From NCBI GenBank assembly GCA_937625935.1, contig OW569353.1, forward strand, positions 62,001 through 126,000: 64,000 nucleotides of DNA, written 5' to 3'. Position 1 is the stretch's first letter; each line of letters opens with the position of its first letter. The position numbers and the translations under genes were made by a program. The DNA is from Tetramitus jugosus (taxonomy: Eukaryota > Protista > Heterolobosea). Shown one piece after another: positions 60,529-64,000 of this stretch. Below the pieces are notes generated by a model, which saw only the letters and a list, made by a program, of their open reading frames with translations, had not been told where the DNA came from and did not search any database.

Positions 60529-61224
60529 ATGACTAAACACGTATCTATTGATGTTCAACTTGTGGCCACAGGACTAAACTGTACTGACAGGGCACTTGGT
60601 TATGTTTGTGTCGTTGATGAACAAGAGCAAATCCTTTATTCTTCTTATGTAAAGCCACACACTGCCATTACAAGTCTATTTACCCCTCATTCAGGAATTA
60701 CAAACTCGGAGATGGAAAGGGGCGCGACTGAAGAGGAAGCCATCCTCAAGGTTAAGGCCATACTCGATACTGATACCATTATTGTCGCTCAAGGTGAACG
60801 AGATCTAGTCAAGTACCTGAAGTTGTCTAAGGGTCAAGATTATAATGACACCATAGAACTGTCGCACTGGTTCAAACACAAGAATTATGATCACAAATCC
60901 TGTAAATACGGATATCAATTCTGGACATTGGAACATGAGGTGAGATGGTTGTTGGGTATCGACATTCAGCATGGAGTACAGTCTCCCAGCGACAGAGCGA
61001 AGTATTCAATGCAATTGTTCAACAAGTACAAAAACAACCAACAAGAGTTGCCTCAAGCTCAACAAACTTGCCGCGATCATCAAAAGGATACCGTACCAAA
61101 GTTGTTCAACAAGTCTCCTCGTTTCGAGGGTGTTTGCACAGGACATATTGGTTCTGGATATCAAGGAGTATCTTGTGCTTGTGGCCAACAAACTCGCAGG
61201 AATCAATACTGGGCCAAGAAATAA
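60529..61224 (+). CDS. DEDDh (REX4-like) exonuclease-fold protein with degenerate catalytic motifs
   Basis: VSIDVQLVATG...VCVVD..EQILYSSYVKP...TPHSGIT...IIVAQ...LLGIDIQHGVQSPSDRAKYSMQLF, with a C-terminal FEGVC...CACG. Confidence 0.75.
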   Translation: MTKHVSIDVQLVATGLNCTDRALGYVCVVDEQEQILYSSYVKPHTAITSLFTPHSGITNSEMERGATEEEAILKVKAILDTDTIIVAQGERDLVKYLKLSKGQDYNDTIELSHWFKHKNYDHKSCKYGYQFWTLEHEVRWLLGIDIQHGVQSPSDRAKYSMQLFNKYKNNQQELPQAQQTCRDHQKDTVPKLFNKSPRFEGVCTGHIGSGYQGVSCACGQQTRRNQYWAKK

Positions 61225-61363
61225 GTATCAAGGTTCCTTCATCCGTGGGATTGATGAACGACATCCACTGCACCGAATAAATTGTGAATAGAAGCAGCAT
61301 CCTCCAATTTTTCTTGAAGCGAAAAAACACATTTCTCCTCGCTGAGAGAGAAACAAAGAGAAA

Positions 61364-62224
61364 ATGACAACGAACCAACAAGAAGATTTTGCAGTCAGGC
61401 TGTGTGAACTCTATGAACAAGTCACCCAAAACAATAACAACAATCATCAATTCACCTTGTTCGTGAATCATGCTTACCGTACCATGCAAGCTCTCACTGA
61501 CCCATTGATTGATGCCATGGACGATGAAGAAGACATCTTGTCCTATCAACAGAGCAAAGATCGAGTGCAATCACTCACTGAGTCCACCCTTGCTCAATTG
61601 CAGCAGCAGCAATCATCCTCCTCCTCCTCCTCCAACAGTTATGCCATGTTGTTCTTGACGGCCTATGTCCAAATGAGTATGGCTCAAGTGTTGAACCAGA
61701 GTACAAACGATGATGATGTGATTCAGGAGAATTTGACTCGGGTCATTCAAGAGTGGAACCAAGTGATTGAATCACTAAGCAAGGATGAGAAGGGAGACAA
61801 CAGTAGTGCAATTGTGTTGTCTCAGTTCTATCGTGCAGAAGCAAATCGAATGCTTGTTGATCGTGGGTTAGATGTTGAATCTGCGGGCAAGGAAGCAGAA
61901 AAGGACTATTTGGCAGTGATTGAAAAAGTGCCTCAATTCTCGTATGCCTACGAGTCATTGAACCATGTTTATACTGGTATGGGATCAGGTGATGAGAATA
62001 AGGCTCTTGCTATTTTGAGTAAGGGCATTGATTTTGGTTTGTTGTCTGCATCGAACATGTCTCCTCTCGACAAGAGCATCTTGTACTTGGCCAGAGGATT
62101 CTACTATGCGTATGAGGACGGAGATACGGAGCAAGCTCTCGTCGATTACAAGAATGCATTGGAGTGTGACGCTTCCTGTGCCAACAAAATACCAAAGAAG
62201 CTCTATCAACAACTCAATCCATAA
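61364..62224 (+). CDS. Helical/TPR-like protein
   Basis: Degenerate TPRs, e.g. LYLARGFYYAYEDGDTEQALVDYKNALECD. Confidence 0.7.
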   Translation: MTTNQQEDFAVRLCELYEQVTQNNNNNHQFTLFVNHAYRTMQALTDPLIDAMDDEEDILSYQQSKDRVQSLTESTLAQLQQQQSSSSSSSNSYAMLFLTAYVQMSMAQVLNQSTNDDDVIQENLTRVIQEWNQVIESLSKDEKGDNSSAIVLSQFYRAEANRMLVDRGLDVESAGKEAEKDYLAVIEKVPQFSYAYESLNHVYTGMGSGDENKALAILSKGIDFGLLSASNMSPLDKSILYLARGFYYAYEDGDTEQALVDYKNALECDASCANKIPKKLYQQLNP

Positions 62225-62458
62225 AGCAAACGCTCGTTGTCGCTTTGTCAGATGTCGATCTCACAGGGTAACCTTTTCTCCGTCATATTCCTCGTTTTTC
62301 TGACCAGTTGAAAAGTCCAGTTTTGTCTCGACAACTTGCCGTGCGACTTAAATGTCTGTCATCACCACTCACTCAACATCACCACACGAACTAACACAAC
62401 AACAAGAGTAACGCACTCAACAAACTGCAACAAATTAATTGTAAGTACCACCACCAAA

Positions 62459-64000
62459 ATGTCCTCCACAACGACCAACAACCACACAAGTGATGACTTT
62501 GAGAGACCAAGACGTTCACGCAGACCCCCTGCCTACCTCAACGACTATGAGCTGCACTTTAATTTCCGAACAGCCAACACAGTCGCTCGTCAATATAGAC
62601 AACAAGCCCAACTGAACCAGAACACGCAAAGAGCACAGAGAGCAACAAGACAAGCACAACAAACAAGGCAACGCAGAGCAAGCACCGTTGCTGCTTCAAG
62701 AAGAAGTAGTGATGACGACTCTGATGACTATACTCCAGCTGCCCCAACAACAACAAGGACAGCTTCTACAAGAGCTACAAGAGCTTCCACCAGAAACAAT
62801 AACAACAACAACAACACGGCAACAACAAGAGCTACGACGAGAGCAGCTACCACAGGAAGAGCGACAAGAGCTGCTGCTAGAGCTACAAGAAACACGACAA
62901 CCGTAACTGCCACTAACACTGCAAGAAATACCAACTCTAGGACAACAGCTGTTCAAGACCATGGACCTTCTCCAGTTCAATTGGAAATTTTCCGTTCAAA
63001 ACTCACTCCAGCAAGTCAATGCAAGCACAATTGGGCCATTTCGGAACACGAAACCAAAGAAGCAGTCTTTTACACAAAGACAAAGACGGAAAGAAGACTC
63101 ACAGTCGAAGAATTGCTTAATTCATGTCGTTTCCACCCTGGATTGTTGCACGATACGGGAAAGAAGCCAGCTGTTGAGATTGTCTTCTCATTTGATACGA
63201 CAACGAGCATGTTTCCTGCCATTAGTGAACTCAAGAAGAAGTTGAGTGACCTATTGAAGCAATTGTTGAGAGATTTGCCCGATATTCGTATTGCGATTAT
63301 TGCTCATGGTGATTACTGTGCCGCAGATCGCTTCTTTGGCAGTCAGTGCTACCCTGTCATGTACAAGCTCGATTTCACAAATGATTTGGACACGTTGATG
63401 AACTTTATTTATTGCATCAAGGGCGGTGGTGGATTGGACTTGCCAGAAGCTTATGAATTCTCGCTTATGGAATGTGGGAGATTAAATTGGTTCAAGAATG
63501 ATCTGACAAAGGATGAATATGATGACGATATCTCAAGAGTGTTGGTGATGATGGGAGATGATCAACCTCATGGTGCAGATGATTACTTTAAGATCAATTG
63601 GAAGACACAATTGGAAGCTCTGCACAACAAGATGTTGATCAAGGCTTATGGTATCAAATGTCTGAACAAGACTTACTCTCATGAGTTTTATCAGGAGTTG
63701 GCTGATTCGACATATGGTACCAAATTGGATCTGAGCAACTTTAACAAGATGCACGAACTGGTTCTCGGTCTATGTTATAGAGAAGCAGCTGAACATGCAT
63801 CGATTCAATATGCAAATCGGTTGGAAGCCGAGGCATCACAATCTTCATCAACAGATGTGACAATAGATGCTCCAGCTGCTGCAACAAGCACAGTTCCGGT
63901 TGAAGGAACAGAGCAAAGTGACGATGGATTGAGCGATGCAGATACATTGGCTGTTCACTCTGCAATTCATGACGCTAACCAAAGCTCTGTAACAGTTCAA
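62459..64000 (+). CDS. VWA-domain protein, 3'-partial
   Basis: The frame is open from the ATG at 62459 to the window end. A T/R/A-rich linker precedes VEIVFSFDTTTSM...IRIAIIAHGDYC...GGGGLDLPEAYE...VLVMMGDDQPH...FYQELA. The gene is absent from the ORF track. Confidence 0.88.
   Translation, partial: MSSTTTNNHTSDDFERPRRSRRPPAYLNDYELHFNFRTANTVARQYRQQAQLNQNTQRAQRATRQAQQTRQRRASTVAASRRSSDDDSDDYTPAAPTTTRTASTRATRASTRNNNNNNNTATTRATTRAATTGRATRAAARATRNTTTVTATNTARNTNSRTTAVQDHGPSPVQLEIFRSKLTPASQCKHNWAISEHETKEAVFYTKTKTERRLTVEELLNSCRFHPGLLHDTGKKPAVEIVFSFDTTTSMFPAISELKKKLSDLLKQLLRDLPDIRIAIIAHGDYCAADRFFGSQCYPVMYKLDFTNDLDTLMNFIYCIKGGGGLDLPEAYEFSLMECGRLNWFKNDLTKDEYDDDISRVLVMMGDDQPHGADDYFKINWKTQLEALHNKMLIKAYGIKCLNKTYSHEFYQELADSTYGTKLDLSNFNKMHELVLGLCYREAAEHASIQYANRLEAEASQSSSTDVTIDAPAAATSTVPVEGTEQSDDGLSDADTLAVHSAIHDANQSSVTVQ

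Overview
Gene-dense, intron-poor eukaryotic (protist) nuclear DNA with short GT-AG introns, many poly-N/Q/S tracts and intergenic gaps often under 100 bp. The EGF-repeat style suggests a heterolobosean (Naegleria/Acrasis-like) amoeba, but this is inference. About 24 protein-coding genes are present: PTEN, a divergent NMT, SRP19, TPR proteins, CHMP7, SNRNP27, a 5448-aa secreted fibrinogen/EGF protein, Josephin, steroid 5-alpha-reductase, a TALE homeobox gene, XRN1, ALDH, PUS1, a BRCT protein, an Rnl2-family RNA ligase, a degenerate DEDDh exonuclease and a VWA protein. The most notable structure is at 55.2-60.1 kb. A tRNA-Tyr(GUA) gene and a 5S rRNA gene, both on the minus strand, each carry a young, 5'-truncated, poly(A)-tailed L1-like non-LTR retrotransposon inserted head-to-head about 50-56 bp upstream, with perfect target-site duplications. 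The two target sites share no sequence and the two elements are diverged relatives with shared 3'-UTR hairpins and terminal motif. This points to a position-specific, Pol III-gene-targeting LINE family analogous to Dictyostelium TRE5, apparently in an unrelated lineage.
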